Shown here: positions 43,235 through 53,012 of the stretch, one piece after another
How the letters are laid out: the number at the start of each line of letters is the position of its first letter
Numbering within the stretch: position 1 is the stretch's first letter
Assembly (NCBI GenBank): GCA_963702425.1
Contig: CAVPCQ010000038.1
Coordinates: 4,992-68,991, forward strand
Length of the DNA stretch: 64,000 nt
Origin: an uncultured Acidobacteriota bacterium
GTDB taxonomy: Bacteria; Acidobacteriota; Polarisedimenticolia; J045
Direction of reading: 5' to 3'
Translations under genes and position numbers: made by a program
Notes under the pieces: generated by a model
Told to the model about the DNA's origin: nothing
The model's input: only the letters and a program-made list of their open reading frames with translations
Databases searched by the model: none

Positions 43235-44593
43235 ATGCCCCTCACCTGGATCCTGGTCGGCGCGGCCGGCGTCGTCATCGCCACGGCCGCCGCGGCCGCT
43301 TTCTATCGCTACAGGAACTACCGGAAGGCGGGCCCGAACCAGGTGCTCGTCATCTCCGGGCGTCCGTCGACCCTGACGGACGCCGAGGGACGGACCCGAA
43401 CGGTCGGCTACCGGCTCCAGATCGGCGGCGGCACCTTCGTGCGGCCGCTGGCGGAGACGGTGGACGTCCTGCCGCTCGAGGTCTTCTCGATCTCGGTGAA
43501 GGCGCCGGACGTCATCACCTCGCAGGGGGTGCTGATCTCGGCCGACGCCCAGGCGCAGGTCAAGGTCTCCTCCGAGGAGGGGGACCTGCACCGCGCGGTC
43601 GAGAACTTCCTGTCCCGCGGCGCGTCCGGCATCACCTACGTCGCGCAGGAGGTCCTGGAAGGGCACCTGCGCTCGGTGCTGGGCGGGATGACGGTCGAGG
43701 AGATCTACACCGGGCGCGAGGAGGTCGCGGAGCGCCTGCGCCGGCAGGCCGATCCGGACTTCCGGCGGCTGGGGCTGGAGCTGGTCTCGTTCTCGCTCAA
43801 GGACGTGGCCGACGCGCAGGGCTACATCGCCGCGATCGGCGCGCGCCGCCTCGCGGAGATCAAGCGCGACGCGGCGATCGTCCAGGCCGAGACCGAGCGC
43901 GACGCGGCGATCAACGCCGCCGAGGCCCGCAAGGAAGGGGACGTGGCGCGGCTGCGCGCCGAGGCCGAGCTGGCCGAGGCGACGCGCGACTTCGAGATGC
44001 GGCGGGCCGACTACCAGGCCGACGTCAACACGAAGCGGGCGCACGCGGACCTGGCCTACGACCTCGAGCGCGCGAAGGGCGAGCTGGTCCTGCGGCAGGA
44101 GGAGTACCGCGTCCGGCTGACCGAGAAGGAGCTGGCGGCCAAGGTCGAGCAGGCCGAGGTCGTGCGCCGCGAGCAGGAGCTGGAGGCGAACGTCAAGCGG
44201 CCGGCCGAGGCGATGCAGTTCCAGGCCCGGCTGGAGGCGGAGACCGAGGCCTACCGGAAGGAGCTGGAGGCCAAGGGGCGCGCCGCCGGCGTGCGGCTGG
44301 AGGGGGCCTCGCAGGCCGAGGCGATCGCGGCGAAGGGGAAGGCGGAAGCCGACGCGATGCGTCAGAAGGCCGAGTCGTGGAAGCAGTACAACGACGCCGC
44401 GCTGGCCGAGATGATCGTGAAGGTGCTGCCCGAGCTGGCGAAGAACATCGCCGAGCCGCTCTCCAAGGTGGAGAAGATCATCATGGTCGGCGACGACGCC
44501 GGCGTGCCGAAGATCACCGGGCAGGTGGCCCAGGTCGTCGCGCAGCTGCCGACCGTCGTCGAGGCGCTCACCGGCCTCAAGCTCGCGACCTGA
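43235..44593 (+). CDS. flotillin-family SPFH/Band-7 protein
   Basis: 452 aa. An N-terminal TM helix is followed by the SPFH domain (..VLVISGR..FVRPLAETVDVLPLEVF..V.A.D..T.QGV.I...A.AQVKV..). A long Ala/Glu/Arg coiled coil follows, then the C-terminal ..PELAKNIAEPLSKVEKIIMV. Confidence 0.85.
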   Translation: MPLTWILVGAAGVVIATAAAAAFYRYRNYRKAGPNQVLVISGRPSTLTDAEGRTRTVGYRLQIGGGTFVRPLAETVDVLPLEVFSISVKAPDVITSQGVLISADAQAQVKVSSEEGDLHRAVENFLSRGASGITYVAQEVLEGHLRSVLGGMTVEEIYTGREEVAERLRRQADPDFRRLGLELVSFSLKDVADAQGYIAAIGARRLAEIKRDAAIVQAETERDAAINAAEARKEGDVARLRAEAELAEATRDFEMRRADYQADVNTKRAHADLAYDLERAKGELVLRQEEYRVRLTEKELAAKVEQAEVVRREQELEANVKRPAEAMQFQARLEAETEAYRKELEAKGRAAGVRLEGASQAEAIAAKGKAEADAMRQKAESWKQYNDAALAEMIVKVLPELAKNIAEPLSKVEKIIMVGDDAGVPKITGQVAQVVAQLPTVVEALTGLKLAT

Positions 44594-44606
44594 TCAAAAA
44601 GAAGAC

Positions 44607-44724
44607 GTAGGGGCCGGCCTCTGTGCCGGCCCGAGGAATGCCGGCCTCTGTGCCGGCCCGAGGAATGCCGGCCTCTGTGCCGGCCCGAAACCTCGTGCGG
44701 GCCGGCACAGAGGCCGGCCCCTAC
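44607..44724. repeat. REP-like hairpin array: 27-bp unit x3 plus one inverted copy (candidate terminator/REP cluster)
   Basis: GCCGGCCTCTGTGCCGGCCCGAGGAAT occurs at 44613-44639 and 44640-44666, with a truncated third copy from 44667. GTAGGGGCCGGCCTCTGTGCCGGCCC (44607-44632) is the exact reverse complement of 44699-44724. The array starts 14 nt after the flotillin stop. Confidence 0.85.
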
Positions 44725-44765
44725 CGGCGGCCGAGCGATACGGGGGCCGCCCGCGTGGATGACCG

Positions 44766-47093
44766 ATGCTGACGGAACGCGTCAACCGGATTGCCCTGTC
44801 GCCGACGCTCAAGCTCTCCCAGCGCGCGGCGAAGATGAAGGCCCAGGGGGTCGACGTCGTCGACTTCACGATCGGCGAGCCCGACTTCCCGTCGCCCGAG
44901 GCGGCGAAGCAGGCGGCCAAGGCCGCGCTCGACGCCAACTTCACCAAGTACGTCCACCCCGACGGGATCCTCGAGCTGCGCCAGGCGATCGGCGAGAAGC
45001 TGCGCCGCGACAACGGGCTGTCCTACGAGACCGACGAGATCATCGTCAGCCCCGGGGCCAAGAACTCGATCTACAACGTCGTCCTGTCGCTGTTCGGGCC
45101 GGGGGACGACGTGCTGATTCCGGCCCCGTTCTGGGTCTCCTACCCGGACCAGGTCGTGCTCTCCGGCGCCAACCCGGTCCTGCTCCGCACCCGCGAGCAG
45201 GAGGGCTTCAAGCTGATGCCCTCCGACCTCGCCGCGGCGGTGACCCCCAACACCAAGGGGATCATCCTCAACTACCCGAGCAACCCGACCGGGGCGGTCT
45301 ACTCCCGGGCCGAGCTGGCCGCGCTGGCGGAGATCTGCGTCAAGGAAGGGATCTGGATCATCAGCGACGAGATCTACGAGAAGCTGATCTACGGCGGCCA
45401 GCGCTTCGTCTCGATCGCCTCGATCGACGAGCGCGTCAAGAAGATCACGATCGTCATCAACGGCTTCTCCAAGGCCTTCTCGATGACCGGCTGGCGGCTG
45501 GGCTACGCCGCCGGGCCGAAGGAAGTGATCGCCGCCTGCTCGAAGATCCAGTCGCACACCACCTCGGGCGCGACCTCCTTCGCCCAGAAGGGGGCGCTCG
45601 AGGCGCTGCGCAGCTCGCAGATGGACGTCGAGCGGATGCGCCAGGAGTTCGAGCGGCGCAAGAACGCGGTGCTCTACCGGCTGCGCGCGATCCCCGGGGT
45701 CTCGGTCGCCTCGCCCGACGGCGCGTTCTACGCCTTCCCGAACGTCTCCCGCTACCTCGACAAGGAGTTCGGCGGCGCCCCGGTGCGCAACACCTACGGG
45801 CTGGCCTACTACCTGCTCAAGGAGGCCCGCGTCGCGGTCGTCCCGGGCGAGGCGTTCGGCAGCCCGGAGCACATCCGGATCTCGTTCGCGACCTCGATGG
45901 ACCGGATCGAGGAGGGGATGAAGCGGCTCGCCGCGGGCCTGGCGCGGCTCGAGTCGCCGCGCCGCCTGCGCCCGCGCCAGCTCAACAACGTGCTGACGAA
46001 GGTCTCGCGCTACGCCGAGGTGCGCGCGGTGCCGTCGATCGACGAGCGCAACACGCTGCTGGCCGAGGCCGAGCGGCACCTGCCGGCGGACTCCTACTTC
46101 GAGTGGAACGCGGCGATCGGCGGCGTGGTGGTCCAGCTGCGCACCAACTCGCCGCACCTGGCCGACTTCTTCCAGGAGAACTTCTACCCCGCGCCGCTCG
46201 AGGGGGACATCGCGCCCCACGCGGTGATCTACGCGGTCAAGGACATGCCGGGCCGCGAGCCGTCGGCGCTCCTGAGCCTGCCGACCGCGACCGCCTTCGC
46301 CTTCAACACCGCCTTCTACGGCCAGGTCCGGACGCTGGCGCTGGTCCTGGCCGCGGACGCCGCGACGCGCATCAGCGGCGCGCTGTTCGTCCACGCCGCG
46401 GCGATCGACCGCGGCGGCCGCGGCGCGCTGCTGTGGGGGATGCCGGGATCGGGCCGTACCGGGCTGCTGGCCGAGCTGCTGCGCGAGGACGGCGTCAAGC
46501 TGGTCGGCAACGACGCGCTGCTGGTCCGGATGTCGGGCGCCGACGCGCTGGTCGACCTGGTCGAGCGCAAGCTCTACCTCAAGGCCAAGTGGGGCCAGCA
46601 CTTCCCCGAGATCGAGAAGCTGCTGGACCGGGCCAAGCTGGAGAACCTGGTCACGACCCACGACCAGTGCACGGTCGAGTACTGCCCGATCGCGCAGGAG
46701 TGCACGCTCGACCGCGGCGCGGCGGCGTGCCTGGCGGCGTCGGGGAGCGGCCGGATCCTGCTCGACCCGGCCTGGCTCGGCGGCGGACGGCAGCACGTGC
46801 GCCGCACCGTCGGGCGGCTCGCGGTGCTGCTGGCCAAGGACCCCGCGCTGCCGTCGGTGCAGGAGCTGTCGCCGCGCGACGCGGCGCGCTACCTGTCGGG
46901 CGGCCAGCTTCCCGGCGCGCGCGGCCCGGCCATCCCGTACCTGAACCCGCACCTGGTCGGTGTCGACGCCGCGCGCAACGACGCGCTGCGCGCGCAGTAC
47001 GAGCGGCTCTTCGCCTGCACGCGGGCGGTCGTCGTCAACAGCGGGGTGGGCTCGCGCGAGGCGATCGCGCGGCGGGTGCTCGAGCTGCTCTGA
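44766..47093 (+). CDS. fusion protein: class I aspartate/aromatic aminotransferase (N-terminal ~395 aa) + HprK/PEPCK-fold kinase-like domain (C-terminal ~375 aa)
   Basis: 775 aa. Aminotransferase motifs: DFTIGEPDF, YPSNPTGAVY, INGFSKAFSMTGWRLGY (PLP Lys), IRISFA. The C-terminal part reads ..FVHAAAIDRGGRGALLWGMPGSGRTGLLAELLREDGVKLVGNDALLV.. (P-loop-like at 46437-46463, with Arg where GxxGxGK has Lys). This resembles the HPr kinase core. Confidence 0.8.
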   Translation: MLTERVNRIALSPTLKLSQRAAKMKAQGVDVVDFTIGEPDFPSPEAAKQAAKAALDANFTKYVHPDGILELRQAIGEKLRRDNGLSYETDEIIVSPGAKNSIYNVVLSLFGPGDDVLIPAPFWVSYPDQVVLSGANPVLLRTREQEGFKLMPSDLAAAVTPNTKGIILNYPSNPTGAVYSRAELAALAEICVKEGIWIISDEIYEKLIYGGQRFVSIASIDERVKKITIVINGFSKAFSMTGWRLGYAAGPKEVIAACSKIQSHTTSGATSFAQKGALEALRSSQMDVERMRQEFERRKNAVLYRLRAIPGVSVASPDGAFYAFPNVSRYLDKEFGGAPVRNTYGLAYYLLKEARVAVVPGEAFGSPEHIRISFATSMDRIEEGMKRLAAGLARLESPRRLRPRQLNNVLTKVSRYAEVRAVPSIDERNTLLAEAERHLPADSYFEWNAAIGGVVVQLRTNSPHLADFFQENFYPAPLEGDIAPHAVIYAVKDMPGREPSALLSLPTATAFAFNTAFYGQVRTLALVLAADAATRISGALFVHAAAIDRGGRGALLWGMPGSGRTGLLAELLREDGVKLVGNDALLVRMSGADALVDLVERKLYLKAKWGQHFPEIEKLLDRAKLENLVTTHDQCTVEYCPIAQECTLDRGAAACLAASGSGRILLDPAWLGGGRQHVRRTVGRLAVLLAKDPALPSVQELSPRDAARYLSGGQLPGARGPAIPYLNPHLVGVDAARNDALRAQYERLFACTRAVVVNSGVGSREAIARRVLELL

Positions 47094-47124
47094 CGGGTTG
47101 ACGGTTGCTGTCCCCGCTACGCCG

Positions 47125-48039
47125 TCAGTCGACAGGGATCCTGCGGCTGGAAGCCGGCCGCGGGTCCCGGAAGGTCCTCGGCTCCGCGCCGTTGCTGGTC
47201 GCCTTCGCCAGCCGGCGGCGCAGGCGTACGATCGCTTCCTCTTCGATCTGCCGGGCCCGCTCGCGCGAGAGCCCGAGCATCTCGCCCAGCTCCTGGAACG
47301 TCATCGCCGGGCGGCCGTCGAGGCCGAAGCGGTTCAGGATGATGACCCGCTGGCGCTCGGAGAGCAGCGCGACCTCGCGTCGCACCAGCGTCCGCACGCG
47401 CAGCCGGTCGACCTCGAGCTCGGGCGACGCGGAACGCGGGCAGGCCAGCCGGTCGAGCACCGTCAGGCCGCCTTCGCTCGTGGCGTCCTGGTCGAGCGAG
47501 AGCACGCGCGGCTCCCCGCCGCTGCGGTCCACCACGGTCGCCTCGGTCAGCCCGGCCCGCAGCGCCAGCTCCTCGACCGTCGGAGCGCGTCCCAGCTCCG
47601 AGCGCATCGTCTCCTCGATCAGCCGCAGGTCGCGTCGCCGCTCGCGCGCGTAGCGCGTCAGGCGCACGGAGCGCCCCTCGCGGCAGAGGTAATCGAGGAT
47701 CCGCTTTCTGATCCACCACGCGGCGTAGGTCAGGAACTTGACCTCGTGCGACGGGTCGTAACGATGCGCCGCCTCGACGAGGCCCATGTTCCCCTCGGCG
47801 AGCAGGTCCTCGAACGGGATCTCGCGGGACTGGAACTCGCACGCGACCTGGACCACGAAGAACAGGTGCGGTTCGACGAGCTCGCGCACCCGGGCGCGGT
47901 CGATCGGGCCCTCGTGCGGGGTGAGCATCGGCAGCGAGGCAGGGCGCTCCTCGCGTTGCACGCGCCGCGCATCCTCGAGGTAGTGCGACACGAGTCGTCG
48001 CGAAGACCGCCGCCCTGCCGACGGAGTGCCGAAGCTCAA
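47125..48039 (-). CDS. RNA polymerase sigma factor, sigma-70 family (regions 1.2, 2, 3 and 4 present); start uncertain
   Basis: Region 2: DLLAEGNMGLVEAAHRYDPSHEVKFLTYAAWWIRKRI. Region 4: MTFQELGEMLGLSRERARQIEEEAIVRLRR. TTG 48039 has GGGAGGGGG 3 nt upstream. The alternatives are TTG 48102 (track) and GTG 47991. Confidence 0.75.
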   Translation of the reverse strand: MSFGTPSAGRRSSRRLVSHYLEDARRVQREERPASLPMLTPHEGPIDRARVRELVEPHLFFVVQVACEFQSREIPFEDLLAEGNMGLVEAAHRYDPSHEVKFLTYAAWWIRKRILDYLCREGRSVRLTRYARERRRDLRLIEETMRSELGRAPTVEELALRAGLTEATVVDRSGGEPRVLSLDQDATSEGGLTVLDRLACPRSASPELEVDRLRVRTLVRREVALLSERQRVIILNRFGLDGRPAMTFQELGEMLGLSRERARQIEEEAIVRLRRRLAKATSNGAEPRTFRDPRPASSRRIPVD

Positions 48040-48132
48040 GAGCCCCCTCCCGTTCCGCTTCGAAGGAGAACCGACCCCTCGAAGGGCTTCCCGTCCTGCC
48101 AACCCCGCGGCAGTCTACTCGCGCCGGGGGTG

Positions 48133-49023
48133 TCAGGGAAGGGGAGAACGGGTGACGCCGGTGTGAGAATCGTCGTCGATGCGGCGTGCGGCGACGGCGA
48201 CCGAACAACCGCTCGCTGCCCCGATCGGAAGAAAAGTCAGTCGCGTCGGCCGAGGCAGTAAGCCGTGCCCGTGGGCCTCTTGCCAGAGGGATCTCCAGCC
48301 CTCGAGCTGGCGCCGACCGAGGCGGTAGACCGCGCCGTTCAGGGCTGTCTGGGCGCATTCGAGCGCGATGCCGCGGGCCGGACCCAGCGCGGCGATCGAG
48401 GCCAGGTCGCGGCGGGCTCGCGTGCGCGCCCCGTGCATTAACGCGTATGTTCGCCGGTCGATCGCGCCGGGCCGCGCGGCCCAGGCCCACCAGACCATCG
48501 GCATCCCGGTCAGCTCGGTCCAGGCCGCCCCGAGGTTCAGCGCGCGGGGATCGCGCCGGCCGCCGGGGGCCTCCCAGCGCAGCGCGTCGTCGCCGGCGAC
48601 GAGCACCGCGCCGTGCGCGACCAGCGCCGCCTCCAGCGGACCCGTCCAGGGTTCGATCTCCACGGCGCGGCCGCCGGCGGCGAAGAGCGTCGCCGCAACC
48701 AGCTCCGCCGCGTGGCCCGGCGCCGTCGAGACGATTCTCCGGACCTCCTCGAGCGGCACGCGCAGGTGCAGGATCGCGTCCGAGGGTCCTTCGCTCGCGA
48801 CCGCCAGGCCCGGCACGACCCGGACCTCGTCCGCGCGCCGCGCGATCTCGGAAGCCGGGAGCAGCGCCAGGTCGAGCGTCCCCTCGTCGAGGCGGCGCGC
48901 CAGCTCGAGCGGCGGCGCGATGGACAGCTCGAACGGCCCGGCGGCGGCGGGCGCGTCGAGCCCGCAGATCAGCGGCGCGGCGACGAGGTCGCCCGGCGCT
49001 CCCGCACGCCAGCGCACCGGCAT
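48133..49023 (-). CDS. mqnA: chorismate dehydratase MqnA-like (futalosine-pathway menaquinone biosynthesis), PBP-like fold
   Basis: 296 aa. The pattern ..P..LARRLDEGTLDLALLPASE.., ..LVAGDDALR.., LNLGAAWTELTGMPMVWWAWAAR matches the MqnA layout (..DLG..W...TGLP.V.A.W..R). The assignment is by recollection of family motifs only. Confidence 0.55.
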   Translation of the reverse strand: MPVRWRAGAPGDLVAAPLICGLDAPAAAGPFELSIAPPLELARRLDEGTLDLALLPASEIARRADEVRVVPGLAVASEGPSDAILHLRVPLEEVRRIVSTAPGHAAELVAATLFAAGGRAVEIEPWTGPLEAALVAHGAVLVAGDDALRWEAPGGRRDPRALNLGAAWTELTGMPMVWWAWAARPGAIDRRTYALMHGARTRARRDLASIAALGPARGIALECAQTALNGAVYRLGRRQLEGWRSLWQEAHGHGLLPRPTRLTFLPIGAASGCSVAVAARRIDDDSHTGVTRSPLP

Positions 49024-49036
49024 CGTGCGCCCGGCC

Positions 49037-49918
49037 TCAGGCGGGGTGGAGCGTGAACCGGGTGATCTCCGGCCGTACGCCGAAGCGCACGCGCCGGTTG
49101 TAGCCGAGGCCGCGGTTCGTGTAGACGAGGTGGCCGCCGGTGTTCACCAGGCCGCTCATGAAGCGCCTGTCCTCGCACGGAACGTAGGGCGCGCCGACGA
49201 GCGGCAGGCTGATCTGCCCGCCGTGGGTGTGCCCGAACAGCGCCAGCTCGAAGCGCTGGTGCTGGATCGCCGCGAAGGCGTCGGGGTTGTGGCCCAGCAC
49301 GATCCGCGCGCGGCCGGCGTCGGCGTTCCCCGGCAGGCTGCGGAACGCGGCCTCCGGATCGAACGGCTTCTTCCAGAATTCGTCGAGGCCCAGCAGCTCG
49401 ATCTCGCCCGCCCCGCCGCGCGGCGCGACGACCCGCCCGCGATCGACCAGCAGCTCGATCCCGACGCGCGCGAGCTGCTCGCCCAGCATCTGGTCGCCGT
49501 GCGGCAGTCCCGCTGCGATCTGGCGGTACCAGTGGTCGTAGTCGTGGTTCCCCATCGACGCGAAGACGGGCGCGACCTGGGCCAGCGGCGCCAACTCGTC
49601 GGCGACCAGGCGGAAGCAGTCGGTGTCGCCGGAGATGAAGTCGCCGGTGAGGACGACCAGTTCGGGTTGGAGCGCCAGCACGCGCTCGACCGCTTCGCGG
49701 ACAAAGGGTCCGCTGACGATGTCGGAGCGGTGGATGTCGGAGAGCTGCACGACCGACAGGCCGGAGAGCCCGGCCGGCAGGCCCGGGATCGCGAGCGCGT
49801 GCTGCCAGACCTGGATCCAGGTCGGCTCGACCGCCACGGCGTAGACCGCCGTGCTGCTGGTCACCAGGCCCGCCGGGACCGCGGCCGCGGCCATCTTCAG
49901 GAAATCTCTGCGGTGCAT
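49037..49918 (-). CDS. Tat-exported metallophosphoesterase (YkuE/calcineurin-like family)
   Basis: Twin-arginine signal: MHRRDFLKMAAAAV. Motifs seen: QLSDIHRSD, VLTGDFISGD, MGNHDYD, LFGHTHGGQ. Confidence 0.8.
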   Translation of the reverse strand: MHRRDFLKMAAAAVPAGLVTSSTAVYAVAVEPTWIQVWQHALAIPGLPAGLSGLSVVQLSDIHRSDIVSGPFVREAVERVLALQPELVVLTGDFISGDTDCFRLVADELAPLAQVAPVFASMGNHDYDHWYRQIAAGLPHGDQMLGEQLARVGIELLVDRGRVVAPRGGAGEIELLGLDEFWKKPFDPEAAFRSLPGNADAGRARIVLGHNPDAFAAIQHQRFELALFGHTHGGQISLPLVGAPYVPCEDRRFMSGLVNTGGHLVYTNRGLGYNRRVRFGVRPEITRFTLHPA

Positions 49919-50065
49919 CGGGCTCCGGCTCGACTGGGAAGTGTAGGGGACGGCTTCGAGCCGGCTCGCAGCGCGGGAGCTCGTCCGAACGGTGAGTCTA
50001 GGCCTTCGCCAGGGATGCGGCGAGCTTGCCCCGGGTGACGGTTGCCTGTACTTCCTGCATCACGA

Positions 50066-52814
50066 ATGACGCAGCGCGCGTTATCTGTAGCCCTTACCGG
50101 TTTGTTCCTGTTCGCGGGACTCCGCGGAGGGACGGCGTGTGCCGCTGTCCGAGCGTCCGGGCCCTCGGGGGCTCCGGCAGCCGGGCCCTCGGCGGCGGAG
50201 GAATCGGTCCGGGCCTGCGCGCGGCTCGAAGGGCTGATCACTCCGGCGACCGCGGCCGGGCGCCTCGCGGCGGTGCCGGCTGCCGAGCGCCGGGCGCGGC
50301 TGATCGCGGTCCTCTCCGCCGACGCAGTCGCGCACGCGGCGCGGGCCACCGCGCAGTTGCGCGCCGCCGGCGGGCGCGACGTCCGGCTGCTCTGGGGCGC
50401 CGGCGTGATCTGCGCGAGCGCGCCGCGCGCCGTGTGGGACGAGGTCTCCCGGCTGGACGAGGTGGCCGCCGTCTTCGACGACCCGCCCCGGGACGAAGCC
50501 GAACTGCTCGACTTCCCGCCTGGCCCGAACGAGGCCGTCCCGCCCGAGGCGCCGCTCGTCGCGCTGCGCGTCCCCGAGGCCTGGCAGCGCGGCTACACCG
50601 GGAGCGGGACGGTCGTCGCGCTGATGGACACCGGCGTCGACCGGACCCACCCCGACCTGGTCGGGCAGATCTGGGTCAACGCCGGCGAGGTCGCCGGCAA
50701 CGGCCTCGACGACGACGGCAACGGCTACGTCGACGATGTGAACGGCTACGACTTCGCCGACCGCGATCCCGACCCGTCCGACTCCGCCGGCCACGGCACG
50801 AACGCCGCCGGCCTGATCGTCGGCAACGGGAGCGCCGGCAAGCAGACCGGCGCCGCACCGGGTGCGAAGCTGATGGTGCTGCGCCGCGGCACGACGCAGG
50901 CGACGCTGTGGGAGGCGAGCCAGTACGCGATCGAGAACGGCGCCCACGTCCTGTCGCAGTCGGTGTCGTGGAAGTGGTCGTTCCTGCCGCGGCCCGACTA
51001 CTCCGCCTGGCGGCGCCAGGCCGAGACGGAGCTGGTAGCGGGCCTGGTGCACGTCAACAGCTCGGGCAACACGGGCGAGCAGCTCGGGACGGAGCCGATC
51101 CCCTACAACGTCGCTGCGCCGGCCAACTGTCCGCCCCCCTGGCTGGGTCCCGAGCAGACGCTCGTCGGTGGAGTGTCGTCCGTGCTGGGGATCGGCAACG
51201 TCGACGCGCGCACGCACGCGATCGTGCCGTCGAGCCCCTACGGTCCCGCGGAGTGGACCGACATCGTGGCCCGGCGCGACGCGACCTACCCCTGGCCGAT
51301 GCCGCCCGCGCACCAGGACTACCCGGCGTGGAGCGGCGCGATCGGTCTGCTGAAGCCCGACTTCGTCGCCCCCGGCGACAACTCGACCAGCACCGCGATG
51401 GGCGGCGGCTACGCGACCTTCGGGGGGACCTCGGCCGCGACGCCGCGCGTCGCCGGGATCCTGGCGCTGCTGCGCGAGGCGGTGCCGCGCGCCACGCCGG
51501 CCGAGCTGGCGCGCGCGCTCTTCACGAGCGCGGCGGACCTCGGTCCTGCCGGCCGCGACGCGCGCTACGGCGCCGGGATGCCGCAGGCCGACGCCGCGAT
51601 CGACGCCGCCGGGCCGCCGCTGTTCGTCGCAGCGGTGACGGTGCACGACGACGGCGCGCCGCGCGGCGACGGCGACGGCGGCGGGGACGCGGGGGAGATC
51701 GTGCGGCTCAACGTGACCGTCGAGAACGCGTCGGCCGGCGCGCTCGCCGGGATCGACCTCGTGCTGCGCGGCGGGACCGACGCGCTCGTGCGCGACGGCT
51801 ACGCGCGGCTGGCCTCGCTCGCCGCGCAGGCGACGGCGGTCGTCGACTTCACCGTGGAGTTCCCGGCGGGGAGCTGCGCGCGCGTTGCGGAGCTGGCGCT
51901 CGAGCTGCGGGAAGGGGGCCGCGCGCGGGTCGAGCCGCTGTTCGTGACGGTCGGGACCGAGACGCGGCAGGCGCTCTTCGCCGACGACGCCGAGCAGGAT
52001 CGCGGCTGGAGCGTTTCCGGCGGCGCGACCTCGGGGCAGTGGGTGCGGCAGGCGCCGGTCGGGACGACGAAGAGCGGCGCGCCGATGAACCCCGCCGCCG
52101 ATGCCAGCCCCGCTCCCGGCACGCTGGCCTGGGTCACCGGCAACGGCCCGACGGCGCCCGACGCCGCCGACGTCGACGGTGGCGCGACGACGCTGACCGC
52201 GCCACCCCGCGACGGCCGCGACTTCGCGCGCGTCGAGCTGCGCTACGCGCGGTGGTTCGCCTCGAACGACGCGGCGAGCGAGGACCGGCTGCTGGTCGAG
52301 GCGACCGGCGACGGGACGGCGTGGCGCGCGATCGAGGAGATCACCGCGCCCGCGGCGGCCTGGCGCGCACGCAGCATCGTGCTGTCCGACCTGCTGGCGC
52401 CCGGCGCGCGCACCGCGCTGCGCGTGACGGTCGAGGACGCGGGGGCGGACGACACGGTCGAAGGCGGGCTCGACGAGGTCCTGCTCGAGGGGATCGCGAT
52501 CGCCTGCACGGAGTTCGTGCCGCCGGTCGGGCCGACGCCGGACGAGGTCGGTGCGACGCTGCGCCTCGCGCCCGCGGCGGGCGGGCATCTGCTGCTGACG
52601 TGGGACCCGCCGTCGGCGACGGGGGGCGTCGATCCGCCGCGCGGGTATCGCGTGCGGCGGTCGGCCGTGGCGAGCGGCGGGTTCGCGGAGATCGGGCGGC
52701 CGCTGGCGGCGCGGTTCACGGAGGTCGACGGGGTGGCGGGGCGGCGGGCTGGTCGGGGGGCTCGTGCCGGGGTCGGCGGCGTTCTACCTGGTGGAGTCGG
52801 TGCGGTCGCGCTGA
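50066..52814 (+). pseudogene. secreted S8 subtilisin-family peptidase with long C-terminal region and terminal FN3-like module; +1 frame disruption within 52716-52757
   Basis: ATG 50066 with a signal peptide. Catalytic triad contexts: VALMDTGVD (Asp), SAGHGTNAAG (His), FGGTSAATPRVAG (Ser). The track frame (to 52966) degenerates after ..ARFTEVDG. The third frame reads ..GGLVPGSAAFYLVESVRSR* with TGA at 52812-52814. This is the same kind of ending as the M14 protein (..SSFYLVAAKN..). The shift lies in G-runs, including G6 at 52755-52760. Confidence 0.75.
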
Positions 52815-53012
52815 ATCGGTCGGCCCGAGAGTCTCTAACGCGGCAACTGCAATCGGTAACGACTCGCCTTCAGCCCGCCGCTGCGGGACCGGCGACGCTG
52901 GACCGCAAGCCCTCGCCAGGCCGCCGGGAATGGTCGTACTCTTGCGGTGTATCCCTCCCAAGATGACGTCCCCGGCGCAACGGAACACCGAGCCGCCGGT
53001 CGGGGGTGAAGC

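Noticed and set aside
44594-45013. ORF 44594..45013(-) (139 aa) and other ORFs spanning the REP arrays and the 32.4-33.0 kb gap (for example 32347..32598(-), 32382..32807(+), 32560..33294(+)).
   Set aside because: Their sequences are translations of the repeats themselves, such as PAFLGPAQRPAFLGPAQR or MCIRGGPLSP appearing on both strands. They overlap well-supported genes or structured non-coding DNA.
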